Notes under the pieces: model-generated | Seen by the model: the letters and a program-made list of their open reading frames with translations, nothing else | Databases searched by the model: none | Told to the model about the DNA's origin: nothing | Program-made: the position numbers and the translations under genes | Part shown: positions 13,875 through 23,188 of the stretch, in pieces | Layout of the letters: each line of letters starts with the position of its first letter | Position numbering within the stretch: position 1 is the stretch's first letter | NCBI GenBank assembly: GCA_041559855.1 | Contig: JBFFCR010000001.1 | Coordinates: forward strand, 1 to 45,748 | Length of the DNA stretch: 45,748 nt | Direction of reading: 5' to 3' | DNA from: Anaerolineae bacterium | GTDB taxonomy: Bacteria > Chloroflexota > Anaerolineae > JAAYZQ01

Positions 13875-16637
13875 ATGAAGAGAATGACTGGGGCTGGACT
13901 TCGACAGAGCTACCTTGACTTCTTCGCCAGCAAGGATCATGTGATTGTGCCCAGCGCACCGTTGGTGCCCATTGGTGATCCAACGCTGCTGCTCACAAAT
14001 GCGGGCATGAACCAGTTCAAGAACTACTTTCTGGGACGGGAGGAGCCTACGTACCGGCGCGTTGCTGATGCTCAGAAATGCATGAGGGTCTCGGGCCACC
14101 TCAACGACCTGGAGGAGGTTGGGTTCTCTCCGTACCACCACACCTTTTTCGAGATGATGGGCAACTGGTCGTTTGGCGACTACTACAAGAAGGAAGCTAT
14201 AGCTTGGGCATGGGAGCTGGTCACCCAGGTTTGGGGAATGGAGAAAGAGCGGCTCTGGGCTACAGTCTTTGAGGACGACGAAGGCGATCTGCCAATGGAT
14301 CAGGAGGCTCGCGGTCACTGGATCGGCGAGACCGCCATCGACGCCGATCACATACTGGCTTTTGGCCGGGAGGACAACTTCTGGTCGATGGGGGCTACGG
14401 GACCGTGTGGTCCATGCAGTGAGATCCACTATGACCGCGGGCCCGAGTACTGCAGCAGACCGCACGAGCCGGGGCACGTTTGCAACGTGAACGGGAATTG
14501 CGGCAGGTACGTTGAGTTCTGGAACCTGGTATTCATCCAGTACAACCGCGATGAGAATGGAGTACTGACAGAATTGCCCGAGAAACACATCGACACAGGT
14601 CTGGGGCTGGATCGGGTCACAGCCCTGTCGCAAGGTGTCCGGGCCAACTATGATACCGACCTCTTTGCTCCGATCATACACCGGGTTCAAGAGATGTTGG
14701 GGCATGATGACGAGACTGTGCGTGCGCAGATAGTGCCCTATCGTGTGATTGCAGACCATGGGCGCGCAATCACCTTTCTGGTCGGGGATGGTGTGATTCC
14801 GGGGAATGAGGGTCGCAACTATGTACTGCGCATGATCCTGCGTCGCGCGGCTCGTTTCGGGCGAAAGCTCGGGTTCACCGAGCCATTCTTGGGTGAGGTA
14901 GCCAAGGTTGTAATCTCGATCTTTGGCGACCACTATGAGGATCTACGCCGTAGGCAGGAATTCATCCTTAACGTAGTCCGCCAGGAGGAGGAGAGATTTC
15001 AGCGAACCTTGGACATCGGCCTTGACTTGCTTGACGATATCATGACGGCTCTTGAAGCGGATGGGGAGACAGTGATTGCTGGGGCCGATGCCTTTCGGCT
15101 CTATGACACGTTCGGCTTCCCGCTGGACCTGACGCGGGATGTAGCTGCTGAGCACGGCTTTGCTGTGGATGAGGAGGGCTTCCAGTGTGCGCTGGCGGAG
15201 CAACGGCAGCGCGGGAGGGACGCACAGCAGTTTGTCAGCCTGGACGCCAAGGAAGTAGAGCACTATGTCCGCCTGTTGGAGGAGCTGAAGGCAAGTGGGC
15301 GCCTCGGCCCTGATGGAGTTGAGCACCCGTACGATGAGTACCTTGAGCTGGAGACGGCAGTCGTAGCGATCTTGCGCGACGGGAAGAAGGTGAGCCAGGC
15401 GACCGAGGGCGATGAAGTGGAGATCGTGACGGCTGCTACCCCGTTGTACGTAGAAAGCGGCGGTCAGGTCTCAGACGTGGGTCTGCTGGCCCGTTACGAA
15501 GAGGGGCAGGATACTCCCCTGTGGGAGGTTGAGGTCAAGGGAATGCGGCAGCCAGTGCCCGGCTTGCTGGTGCACGAGGGGCTGGTGACCCGGGGCAAAG
15601 TGCGCTTGGGGGATCCGGTTTGGGCGGTGGTCGATGCAGCTCGCAGGATGGACATAGCCCGCAACCATACGGCAACACATCTCCTGCATAGCGAGTTACG
15701 GTACATCCTGGGCGAGCATGTGCAGCAGGCGGGCTCGCTCGTCGCGCCTGACAGATTGCGTTTTGACTTTACACACGGTGCGATGCTAACGCAGGACGAA
15801 ATTGATGCCGTGGAGCAGTCGGTGAATGATGCCATACTGGCCAACTACGCCTTGCGTGCCGAGTACGCTGGCTACCAGCAGGCGGTCACGCATGGCGCAA
15901 TGGCCTTGTTTGGTGAAAAGTACGGGGATAAAGTGCGCGTGATCAAGATAGGCGTGCCTGAGGAGCCGTTCAGCCAAGAGCTTTGCGGCGGCACGCACGT
16001 GCATCAGACCGGCGAAATCGGCCTGTTCCGTATCGTGTCTGAGGGCAGCGTGGGCGCGGGGGTGCGACGCATTGAGGCTGTGACCGGGCGAGCTGCACAG
16101 CATCTGGTCCAGCAACGGCTCGGAGTCCTGGACGCGGCTGCTGCCCACCTGGGTGCACCGGCTGAAGAGGTAGATCGCGCAGTCCTGCGTCTTCTTGGTG
16201 ACCTGCACAGCCGGCAGAAAGAGATCGGAGATCTGAGGCGCGAGCTTGCGCGGCTAGAGTTCGAGAAGCTGCTCAGCCAGGTGCGAGAGGTGGAAGGGGT
16301 GCAGGTGTTGGCTGCGCGCGTGCACGCAGTTGATGTTGAAACCCTCCGCGAGATGACTGATTGGCTGCGCACACAGCTGGGTTCGGCGGTTATTGTCCTA
16401 GGGGCAGTCATTGCCGAGAAACCGAGCTTTGTTGCGGCTGTCACGCCAGATCTTGTCGAGAAGGGACTGAAGGCGGGGGCAGTTATAGAGAAGGTCGCGC
16501 GCATTGTCGGGGGTGGGGGAGGTGGCAGGCCCACGTTGGCTCAGGCTGGGGGCCGCGATCCTCGCCGTCTTGATGAAGCCTTGGCTGTGGTTCCGGGCGT
16601 CATCAAGGACTTGGTGGTTGGCAAGGCAGTGGCTTGA
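13875..16637 (+). CDS. alaS: Alanine--tRNA ligase
   Basis: I place the start at MKRMTGAGLRQSYLDFFASKDHVIVPSAPLVP; an ATG at 13884 is also possible. Class II core motifs are LLLTNAGMNQFK and HHTFFEMMGNWSFGDYYK. Editing-domain motifs are HTATHLLH and CGGTHV. The C-terminal DHHA1-like part has GGGGGGRPTLAQAGG. Confidence 0.95.
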   Translation: MKRMTGAGLRQSYLDFFASKDHVIVPSAPLVPIGDPTLLLTNAGMNQFKNYFLGREEPTYRRVADAQKCMRVSGHLNDLEEVGFSPYHHTFFEMMGNWSFGDYYKKEAIAWAWELVTQVWGMEKERLWATVFEDDEGDLPMDQEARGHWIGETAIDADHILAFGREDNFWSMGATGPCGPCSEIHYDRGPEYCSRPHEPGHVCNVNGNCGRYVEFWNLVFIQYNRDENGVLTELPEKHIDTGLGLDRVTALSQGVRANYDTDLFAPIIHRVQEMLGHDDETVRAQIVPYRVIADHGRAITFLVGDGVIPGNEGRNYVLRMILRRAARFGRKLGFTEPFLGEVAKVVISIFGDHYEDLRRRQEFILNVVRQEEERFQRTLDIGLDLLDDIMTALEADGETVIAGADAFRLYDTFGFPLDLTRDVAAEHGFAVDEEGFQCALAEQRQRGRDAQQFVSLDAKEVEHYVRLLEELKASGRLGPDGVEHPYDEYLELETAVVAILRDGKKVSQATEGDEVEIVTAATPLYVESGGQVSDVGLLARYEEGQDTPLWEVEVKGMRQPVPGLLVHEGLVTRGKVRLGDPVWAVVDAARRMDIARNHTATHLLHSELRYILGEHVQQAGSLVAPDRLRFDFTHGAMLTQDEIDAVEQSVNDAILANYALRAEYAGYQQAVTHGAMALFGEKYGDKVRVIKIGVPEEPFSQELCGGTHVHQTGEIGLFRIVSEGSVGAGVRRIEAVTGRAAQHLVQQRLGVLDAAAAHLGAPAEEVDRAVLRLLGDLHSRQKEIGDLRRELARLEFEKLLSQVREVEGVQVLAARVHAVDVETLREMTDWLRTQLGSAVIVLGAVIAEKPSFVAAVTPDLVEKGLKAGAVIEKVARIVGGGGGGRPTLAQAGGRDPRRLDEALAVVPGVIKDLVVGKAVA

Positions 16638-17899
16638 GCGAAACGCGTGGGGGGAGGCTAGGTAAAGCAGTGTGGGACCGCAACAGCTACCATAGAGACC
16701 GCCACGCTTCAGAGCCTCCTGCAAGGTATGGCATTGTGGAGCCTGGGACGACGACTCTGCGTCTCTGTGTCGTGGACGTGGAGAACGGGCAGTCCACCAT
16801 CATGGGGTGGGCAGAGGGGCCTGGATGGGACGGACCTGGCGCAGGAACAGCATCGCTTGTAACGAACTGCGACGAGGCACTAGTTCAGGCGGAGCGAATG
16901 GCGCAGTCGTCTGGGACCAGGTGGCTGCTCCCGGATCAGCTTCTGGTGGGTCTGCCTGCTTCGCATCTTCGCGGCAGATCCTGGGCGGTCGTCCAGCAGC
17001 GTGCTCAGCCTGGCAGGGCCATTGACGAGGGCGAGCTAGAGGCGTTGCTCGAGCGGACCTTGCGCCTGGCAGTGAATCGACTTCTTAGTGATGAGCCTGG
17101 CGGCGGCGAGTGGTTGCTTGTCGATGCAACGCCAGTGGCGCTCACGGTGGATGGACATGGCGTTACCGACCCCATCGGGTTTCGCGGGGAGGAGCTGGGT
17201 GCCGTGATCTTTGCCGCTATGACTCGCGCTGAGATCGTCCAGACGTGGGGTGCAGTAGCAGAAGCACTGGAGTTCTCGACGCTCACACTGACCGCCACTC
17301 CCTTGGCCTTGGCGGCGAGTCTCCCCGTGGGGAGTGGAGTCTTGATTGATGTCGGTGGGGCGATGACCGAACTAGTCTGGTGTAGCGCCGGGCGGCCTGT
17401 GGTGATGGAGGCCCTGGCCGTTGGCGGTGATGCCCTGAGCAGTTCGCTGGCTCGGAAGTGGGGACTGACGGCTAGCGGAGCCGAGCGGCTCAAGCGGGCA
17501 TACAGCAGTCACGAACTCAGCGTGGATGCAGAAGCTCAGGTTCAGAGTGTGTTGTGGCCGACTCTTCTTGCCTGGCTGGAGGACGCCGAGGCTGCGTTGG
17601 CGCGTTTGAGTCATGATGAGCCCTTGCCTCAACAGCTCTTCCTGCTTGGTGGCGGGAGTGCTCTGCCTGAAATGGTTGACGCGGTGCGTTCACTGGCCTG
17701 GAGCCAAGAGTTGCGCTTCTCACGTTACCCTGAAGTAAGTTGCTTGCGCCCAGCCGATGTGCCCGGTGTTTTGAACCGCTCGAGCAGGGGCCGCGAGTTG
17801 GGCGACGTTCCTGCCCTTGCGCTGGCGTCCTGGGTCGCCCAACAGCAGCATGCAGCTGACCGGCCTGCGCGCATGCTGGCTGAGCTCTGCCAAAGCTAG
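16634..17899 (+). CDS. FtsA/PilM-like actin-fold ATPase (divergent)
   Basis: Actin-fold phosphate and adenosine motifs appear in the expected order: GIVEPGTTTLRLCVVDV (phosphate 1, with Asp replaced by Glu), LIDVGGAMTELV (phosphate 2), AVGGDALSSSLARKWGL..AERLKRAY, and LFLLGGGSALPEM (adenosine). The start is uncertain. A TTG at 16634 overlaps the alaS stop, and a GTG at 16670 follows GGGAGG. Confidence 0.7.
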   Translation: MSETRGGRLGKAVWDRNSYHRDRHASEPPARYGIVEPGTTTLRLCVVDVENGQSTIMGWAEGPGWDGPGAGTASLVTNCDEALVQAERMAQSSGTRWLLPDQLLVGLPASHLRGRSWAVVQQRAQPGRAIDEGELEALLERTLRLAVNRLLSDEPGGGEWLLVDATPVALTVDGHGVTDPIGFRGEELGAVIFAAMTRAEIVQTWGAVAEALEFSTLTLTATPLALAASLPVGSGVLIDVGGAMTELVWCSAGRPVVMEALAVGGDALSSSLARKWGLTASGAERLKRAYSSHELSVDAEAQVQSVLWPTLLAWLEDAEAALARLSHDEPLPQQLFLLGGGSALPEMVDAVRSLAWSQELRFSRYPEVSCLRPADVPGVLNRSSRGRELGDVPALALASWVAQQQHAADRPARMLAELCQS

Positions 17900-17934
17900 A
17901 GCCCATCATACAGTACGAGAGAGCTGAGACAAGA

Positions 17935-19467
17935 ATGCAACAGGTACTCTATCTGGAAACGGAAGACGATCTCCCGGCAATCCGTGAGTTGCTTGAAGGG
18001 GCGCAGGCAAAGCGAGTGGTGCTAGTAGTCCCCAAGGGTTCGCGATTGTTTAGGGAGCCACTCAGCCTGCGGATACTGCGTCGATACGCGAGTGACTTGG
18101 CCCTGGATGTGGCCCTCATCACTCGAGACAGCAGGACTCGACAGCTGGCCAAAGAAGAGGGGATTGCTGCTCTATCTTCCATGACGCGGGGACGAAGAGG
18201 TCGCTGGAGAAGCGGCTCGCCGAGGCGCTCGTCGGCTGAGCGAGCTGCGGTGGCACGCGTCGATGGACTGCGTTCTGGACGGGGGGACATAGGATATGGC
18301 GATGCCGTGATCCTCTGGACCGGGCGCGTTCTGGGCATTTTGCTGTTCGCATTCTTGCTGATCGTGGTTGCCGGGATGGCGATCCTGCTCGTGCCGGAAG
18401 CTGAGGTGACGTTGGTGCCATACCGAGAGGTGGTGGAGACGACCTTGGAGGTTACCGCCGATCCGGAGGTAGAGAAACCGAGTCTTGCCTCCTTGACGAT
18501 CCCTGCACGCATCGTAGAGACAGAGGTTGAGCAGACCGGCGAGGTATCAACGGTCAGCAAACGGGATGCACCGGATGCGCCAGCCACGGGTACCATCACT
18601 TTCATAAACCAGACGACTGACCCCCTGCAGATTCTGCCGGGGGCTGTCGTTCGCACTTCGACGGGGACAACGGTGCGTTTCAGGACTGTGACAACGGCCA
18701 CCCTTGAAGCTCTGGTTGGTGCGCGGGCCGATGCGGAGATCGAGGCTCTCGAGCCGGGACCAGTTGGCAATGTGGGCGATGCCACCATCACAGAGGTGGA
18801 AACTTCGGGGCTGCGGGGCAAGGTTCGCGTGATCAACGAGCTCCCAACTCAAGGTGGAGGGGTGAAGCAGGTCGGGGTGGTGACGCGAGCGGACATGGAC
18901 CGGCTCAAGGCTCAGCTATACCAGCAGCTGCAGCAACGGGCCTATGTAGAACTGCAGAATCAGCTCGGCGAGCAGGAGTTCCTGCCGCCGGAATCGATGA
19001 CTACCGAAATCATGGCTGAAGTCTATGATCAGTTTCTTGATGCTGAATCGGATGTGCTGCGCCTGCAGATGCGCATTCTAGCGACTGGGACTGCTGTGGA
19101 TCGGGCCAACGCAAACCTCTTGGCTTATGATGTGGTGAAGGAAAAGATATCGGTCACCTACGAATTGCAGCCGGAGGGTATTACCTACAGCCTGGATGAA
19201 GACAACGTGCGGATGCTCGGACGCAGCGTGATCATCGAGGTGACAGCCTCGGCCCCATTGGTCGTGAATGTTGACCCTGGCGAGGTTCGCTCTGCGGTGT
19301 CGGGTCTGACGGCTGACGAAGCCGTTGATGTGCTGGTCGAGAGATTCGCATTGGATCAGGATGCGCCCCCGGTCGTGGAAGTGAAGCCCGACTGGGTCGA
19401 GCGTTGGGAGTGGCTCGACCGGGTGCCGCTCCTCAAGTTTCGAATCCAGGTCGTGGTGTTGCAGTAG
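17935..19467 (+). CDS. Single-pass membrane protein with a small cytoplasmic N-domain, an Arg/Gly-rich linker and a large extracytoplasmic beta-rich domain (baseplate-J-like by recollection)
   Basis: The 510-aa product has an N-domain MQQVLYLETEDDLPAIRELLEGAQAKRVVLVVPKGSRLFREPLSLRIL..., a linker TRGRRGRWRSGSPRRS and a TM helix VLGILLFAFLLIVVAGMAILLV. The ectodomain contains ATGTITFINQTTDPLQILPGAVVRTSTGTTVRFRT...EPGPVGNVGDATITEV. This resembles proteins I remember being annotated as baseplate J/gp47-like in Chloroflexota and CPR genomes, but the label is unverified. Confidence 0.75.
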   Translation: MQQVLYLETEDDLPAIRELLEGAQAKRVVLVVPKGSRLFREPLSLRILRRYASDLALDVALITRDSRTRQLAKEEGIAALSSMTRGRRGRWRSGSPRRSSAERAAVARVDGLRSGRGDIGYGDAVILWTGRVLGILLFAFLLIVVAGMAILLVPEAEVTLVPYREVVETTLEVTADPEVEKPSLASLTIPARIVETEVEQTGEVSTVSKRDAPDAPATGTITFINQTTDPLQILPGAVVRTSTGTTVRFRTVTTATLEALVGARADAEIEALEPGPVGNVGDATITEVETSGLRGKVRVINELPTQGGGVKQVGVVTRADMDRLKAQLYQQLQQRAYVELQNQLGEQEFLPPESMTTEIMAEVYDQFLDAESDVLRLQMRILATGTAVDRANANLLAYDVVKEKISVTYELQPEGITYSLDEDNVRMLGRSVIIEVTASAPLVVNVDPGEVRSAVSGLTADEAVDVLVERFALDQDAPPVVEVKPDWVERWEWLDRVPLLKFRIQVVVLQ

Positions 19468-19944
19468 ATGAAGTTGCTGGCATTGGATGTTGGGGATCGA
19501 CGGGTCGGTGTTGCCGTGTCAGACTCCACTGGTCAGATCGCCACGCCATTGACTGTCATCCGCCGTCGATCGAAGGCAGAGGACTTTGGCAAGATTGTGC
19601 GCCTGATGCGGGAGCAAGGTGTCGAGGGCCTGGTGATCGGACTTCCGCTGAATGCTGATGGGAGTGCTGGACCGCAGGCTCAGCGCGTGGCGAGTTACGC
19701 CGCAGCTCTCACTGATGCACTTGTGCTTGAGCAACTGAGGGTCAATCTGATTCTGTGGGACGAACACGGGTCGACGCAGCGTGCTCAGGCGCTGATGATC
19801 GACGCAGGGCAGAGTGCCAAGAAGCGCCGGCAGCGAATTGACGCAGCGGCTGCGGCAGTCATCCTGCAGGACTATCTGGACGAGCAACTGCAGTCTGTTG
19901 CCGACGAACCGACAGTATCGGAAGACAGGGCGGTGGGCGGGTGA
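19468..19944 (+). CDS. ruvX: Holliday-junction-resolvase-like nuclease / pre-16S rRNA nuclease YqgF
   Basis: The sequence MKLLALDVGDRRVGVAVSDSTGQIATPLTVI...GLVIGLPLNADGSAGPQAQRV is the classic YqgF/RuvX signature. Its ATG directly abuts the upstream TAG. Confidence 0.9.
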   Translation: MKLLALDVGDRRVGVAVSDSTGQIATPLTVIRRRSKAEDFGKIVRLMREQGVEGLVIGLPLNADGSAGPQAQRVASYAAALTDALVLEQLRVNLILWDEHGSTQRAQALMIDAGQSAKKRRQRIDAAAAAVILQDYLDEQLQSVADEPTVSEDRAVGG

Positions 19945-19965
19945 TTAGGTAGAGGAGGTACCTAC

Positions 19966-21303
19966 TTGGAGTCATTACTACTTGATGCCCAGGCATGGGT
20001 GAGCGAACATCTTGACATTCTGATCAAGCTCGCAGTACCTGCGTGGATTGGCGCGCTCGTACTAATCCTCCTGGCTGAGGTCCGCTGGTTCCGACGCGTG
20101 ATCCCGGACTGGCTACGAAACCTGTCGCGCGTAGTGGCGTTGGCAGGCGCCATTGGCGTGGTGACTATGGCGATCCTGTTCGGCGGCGGCCTTGTGGCTA
20201 GTTCTCTACAAGCACGAGCCCAGGATGTGGAGGGGCCGAAGCTTGACATCTCGTTTGCCTCACCGAATGCGTTCCTTCTGAGTGCCTACCTTAGCATGCA
20301 CCAGGCAGAGCTGAACCAGGCAGTCAGCGATGATCCAACGCCGGTGACCTTTGTTGTAGAGCCCGGCGAGACGGCGACCGGTGTTGCAGCGCGATTGGCA
20401 GAAGATGGCCTGGTCGTCAACGGCGAGGTCTTTGGACGTTTCATGGCCTATCATGGGCTGGATGTGAGCCTGGAGGCGGGAACGTACACACTACGGCCTA
20501 ACATGACCATGCACGAGATCGCGGAGGCGTTGCAGCATGGTGGCGCGGATGCAGTGATGGTCACCATTCCCGAGGGCTGGCGGATGGAGCAAGTTGCATG
20601 GCTGCTGGAACAGCAAGGAGTGATGCGCGGTGACGATTTTCTGGCCTATGCGCGCACTGCCCTGTACAATTACCCCTGGCTGGCGAGTCGGCCGCTGGAC
20701 GCCACGCTGGAGGGGTTTCTGTTTCCGGATACATACGAGCTCCCTGCTGAAAGCACACCTGCCAACCTCGTCGATCTGATGTTGGCGACCTTCGACGCAC
20801 GCGTGGCACCCGAAATTGAGGGCAGGCTTGCCGGCAAGACGATATTTGATCTGAGCCTGAACGACTACCGACCGCTCACGCTGTTTGATGTGATCACACT
20901 GGCTTCGATCGTCGAGCGCGAGGCAGTGCTGGATGAGGAGAGGCCCATCATCGCCAGCGTGTACTTTAACCGGTTGGACCCAGCCCACAGGGAACAAGCG
21001 GCCTATTACCTCAGCTCTGATCCCACCATCCAGTACATCAAGGGTTTTGATGCGGCGACCGGTAGCTGGTGGAATCCAATGCAACCGGGTGAAGGTCAGA
21101 CTCTGGAGTCTCCATACAACACATTCAGAGTCCAGGGGTTACCTCCAGGCCCAATCTGTAGCCCCGGACTGGCATCGATATTGGCAGTTCTGAACCCGGC
21201 TGACACGAGTTACCTGTACTTCCATGCCATTGGAAACGGCGAGCACGTCTTTGCGTCTACTCTGGAAGAGCACATGAGAAACCAGGAGCAGTATGCGCCA
21301 TAG
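19966..21303 (+). CDS. mltG: Endolytic murein transglycosylase MltG (YceG family)
   Basis: The protein has an N-terminal TM, a LysM-like part, LASIVEREA (catalytic Glu region) and YNTFRVQGLPPGPICSPGLASILAVLNP. The TTG start at 19966 is supported by GAGGAGG at 19952-19958, 7 nt upstream. Confidence 0.9.
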   Translation: MESLLLDAQAWVSEHLDILIKLAVPAWIGALVLILLAEVRWFRRVIPDWLRNLSRVVALAGAIGVVTMAILFGGGLVASSLQARAQDVEGPKLDISFASPNAFLLSAYLSMHQAELNQAVSDDPTPVTFVVEPGETATGVAARLAEDGLVVNGEVFGRFMAYHGLDVSLEAGTYTLRPNMTMHEIAEALQHGGADAVMVTIPEGWRMEQVAWLLEQQGVMRGDDFLAYARTALYNYPWLASRPLDATLEGFLFPDTYELPAESTPANLVDLMLATFDARVAPEIEGRLAGKTIFDLSLNDYRPLTLFDVITLASIVEREAVLDEERPIIASVYFNRLDPAHREQAAYYLSSDPTIQYIKGFDAATGSWWNPMQPGEGQTLESPYNTFRVQGLPPGPICSPGLASILAVLNPADTSYLYFHAIGNGEHVFASTLEEHMRNQEQYAP

Positions 21304-21934
21304 TGGGCTCCATGCTGCTGCAGGGGTCGCTGCGAGACGTGCGCTGTGTGCCGCGTGTGTCGCGCTGTGTTGCCTGTTCCTGGTAGTCTCCTGTGGTTTT
21401 CCTGGAAGCGTGAAGCCAACGATCAAGTTGGGGCTGTCTGCACCATTCGAGGGGCTCTACCGGGACCTGGGCTATGAGGCCTTGTATTCTGTGCAGTTGG
21501 CAGTGCGCGAGCGCAACGCGACGGGCGGTGTAGCCCAGCGTTACCTGGTCGAGCTTGTGGCACTGAATGATGACGGCAAAGCCGAGAAGGCTGAGGAGCA
21601 GGCTCGAAAAATGGCGGTTGATCCTGGCGTGTTGGCTGTACTGGGGGGATGGTCGGAGGAAACTGCAGTGGCGGTTGGGGAGTACCAGCTGTTGCGGCTT
21701 CCGTTCCTCATGCCTGATGTAGACATAAGCCAAACACACATAGTGCACGTGCCTGATCCTGGCTTCGTGGACATGTACCGGATGCAGTCGGGGGGAGCGG
21801 ATCCGAGTGCCGCTGCAGCTTGGGCCTATTCAGCAGCCAACTACTTGCTGGATGCCATGGAGTTTGCGACGCTCTCTGACGGGCGCCCTACGCGCTCTGG
21901 TGTGCAGGCGGCGATGGAGTCGCGCTATTGGTGA
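21293..21934 (+). CDS. Short lipoprotein resembling a shrunken LivK-type (Peripla_BP_6) solute-binding protein
   Basis: The lipobox is LFLVVSCG. The sequence IKLGLSAPFEGLYRDLGYEALYSVQLAVRERNATGG...VELVALNDDGKAEKAEEQARKMAVDPGVLAVLGGWSEE matches the N-lobe of Leu/Ile/Val-type binding proteins. The product is only 213 aa, against about 380-400 aa for that family. An AGGAG Shine-Dalgarno is present and the gene overlaps the end of mltG by 11 nt. Confidence 0.6.
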   Translation: MRHSGLHAAAGVAARRALCAACVALCCLFLVVSCGFPGSVKPTIKLGLSAPFEGLYRDLGYEALYSVQLAVRERNATGGVAQRYLVELVALNDDGKAEKAEEQARKMAVDPGVLAVLGGWSEETAVAVGEYQLLRLPFLMPDVDISQTHIVHVPDPGFVDMYRMQSGGADPSAAAAWAYSAANYLLDAMEFATLSDGRPTRSGVQAAMESRYW

Positions 21935-21962
21935 ATGCCCTGGCGAAGGCGCGGGGGTGGCC

Positions 21963-23159
21963 ATGAGGATACTGATGTTTTCGTGGGAGTATCCTCCGCA
22001 CGTAGTCGGTGGGCTTGGCAAGCATGTGGAGGAACTCGTACCACCGTTGGGCGCTTTGCCAAACGTAGAGGTACATCTGGTTACGCCCCGTATGGGTGGG
22101 GGAGCGCCTGTGGAGCAGATGGGTCATGTCACGATCCACCGTGTGGAGTCCCCCCAGGTTGAGGCCGACTTTTATACCAGCGCATGGCAGACGAACCTTC
22201 GGCTCGAGGAGTATGCTCTTCACTTGTGGAGTGAAGCTGGCCCCTTTGACCTGATCCACGTGCATGATTGGTTGGTTGCGTTTGCTGGGGCAGCCTTCAA
22301 GCGGAGTTACAAGACGCCTTTGCTCAGTACGATCCATGCGACTGAGCGTGGGCGCGGCAGAGGTGTTCTGGCAAGCGAGCAAGCCAGGGCGATCCATCAC
22401 GTGGAGTGGTGGCTCAGCTTCGAGTCGTGGCGTGTCATTGCCTGCAGTGAGTACATGCGCGACGAGATCTTCAGCTACTTCGAATGCCCTCGCGACAAGA
22501 TAGTGGTCATTCCCAATGGCGTGGATACCGAACCCTTCGACAAGCTGGACGGGCATGATTTCTCGCGCTTTCGTAACATGTATGCCTTGCCCTCAGAGCA
22601 GATCGTTTTCTCTGTGGGCCGGGTGGTGTTTGAGAAGGGGCTGCATACCCTTCTCAAGGCAATGCCGGCTGTGTTGGCCCAGGAGCCGTCCGTAAAGATT
22701 GTACTCGCGGGCAAGGGGCCCGAGCTGGAGTCATTGCGGGCGCTTGCCTGGAGCTTGGGCGTAGGTGAGAAGGTTCTGTTCACCGGGTTCATTTCCGATG
22801 AGGATCGCAACAAGCTTTTCAAGATCGCCGACTGTGCTGTGTTCCCAAGCCTGTATGAGCCCTTTGGGATCGTTGCTCTTGAGGCAATGGCGGCCAAATG
22901 CCCGGTGGTGGTCAGTGAGGTTGGTGGGCTGCAGGATGTGGTGCAACACGGCGAGACGGGCATCACGGTAAATGCTGATGATCCAGACTCACTGGCCTGG
23001 GGCATTCTTCACACGCTTCAACATCCTGAGTGGGCTGCGAGCCGAGTGAGCAATGCCTACAGGGTAGTGCGAGAGGAGTACAACTGGGAGCGAATTGCAC
23101 AAAAGACGGCAGATGTCTACTCCCAGATCGTGTCGGAGGCCGCCCTGGTTGAGTGGTAG
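21963..23159 (+). CDS. Glycosyltransferase family 4 (GT-B, glycogen-synthase-like)
   Basis: I place the start at MRILMFSWEYPPHVVGGLGKHVEEL. Further motifs are HVHDWL, STIHATERG, and a C-terminal EPFGIVALEAMAAKCPVVVSEVGGLQDVVQHGETG (E-x7-E region). The track start at 21807 overlaps the preceding gene. Confidence 0.85.
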   Translation: MRILMFSWEYPPHVVGGLGKHVEELVPPLGALPNVEVHLVTPRMGGGAPVEQMGHVTIHRVESPQVEADFYTSAWQTNLRLEEYALHLWSEAGPFDLIHVHDWLVAFAGAAFKRSYKTPLLSTIHATERGRGRGVLASEQARAIHHVEWWLSFESWRVIACSEYMRDEIFSYFECPRDKIVVIPNGVDTEPFDKLDGHDFSRFRNMYALPSEQIVFSVGRVVFEKGLHTLLKAMPAVLAQEPSVKIVLAGKGPELESLRALAWSLGVGEKVLFTGFISDEDRNKLFKIADCAVFPSLYEPFGIVALEAMAAKCPVVVSEVGGLQDVVQHGETGITVNADDPDSLAWGILHTLQHPEWAASRVSNAYRVVREEYNWERIAQKTADVYSQIVSEAALVEW

Positions 23160-23188
23160 GATGTCGCTCCTTTGGTTATCAGCGCAAG

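Noticed and set aside
13866-14933. 355-aa ORF antisense to alaS
   Set aside because: It lies entirely inside the well-supported alaS frame and has no recognisable motifs. Its composition, rich in Arg, Pro and Gly, is typical of spurious antisense ORFs in GC-rich DNA.
17949-18836. 295-aa ORF antisense to the 510-aa membrane protein gene
   Set aside because: It is a low-complexity Ser/Arg/Thr/Pro-rich translation with no start context, opposite a frame that has coherent domain structure.
21807-21962. 52-aa N-terminal extension of the glycosyltransferase
   Set aside because: It overlaps the end of the preceding lipoprotein gene in another frame. GT4 homology begins at MRILMFSWEYPP.
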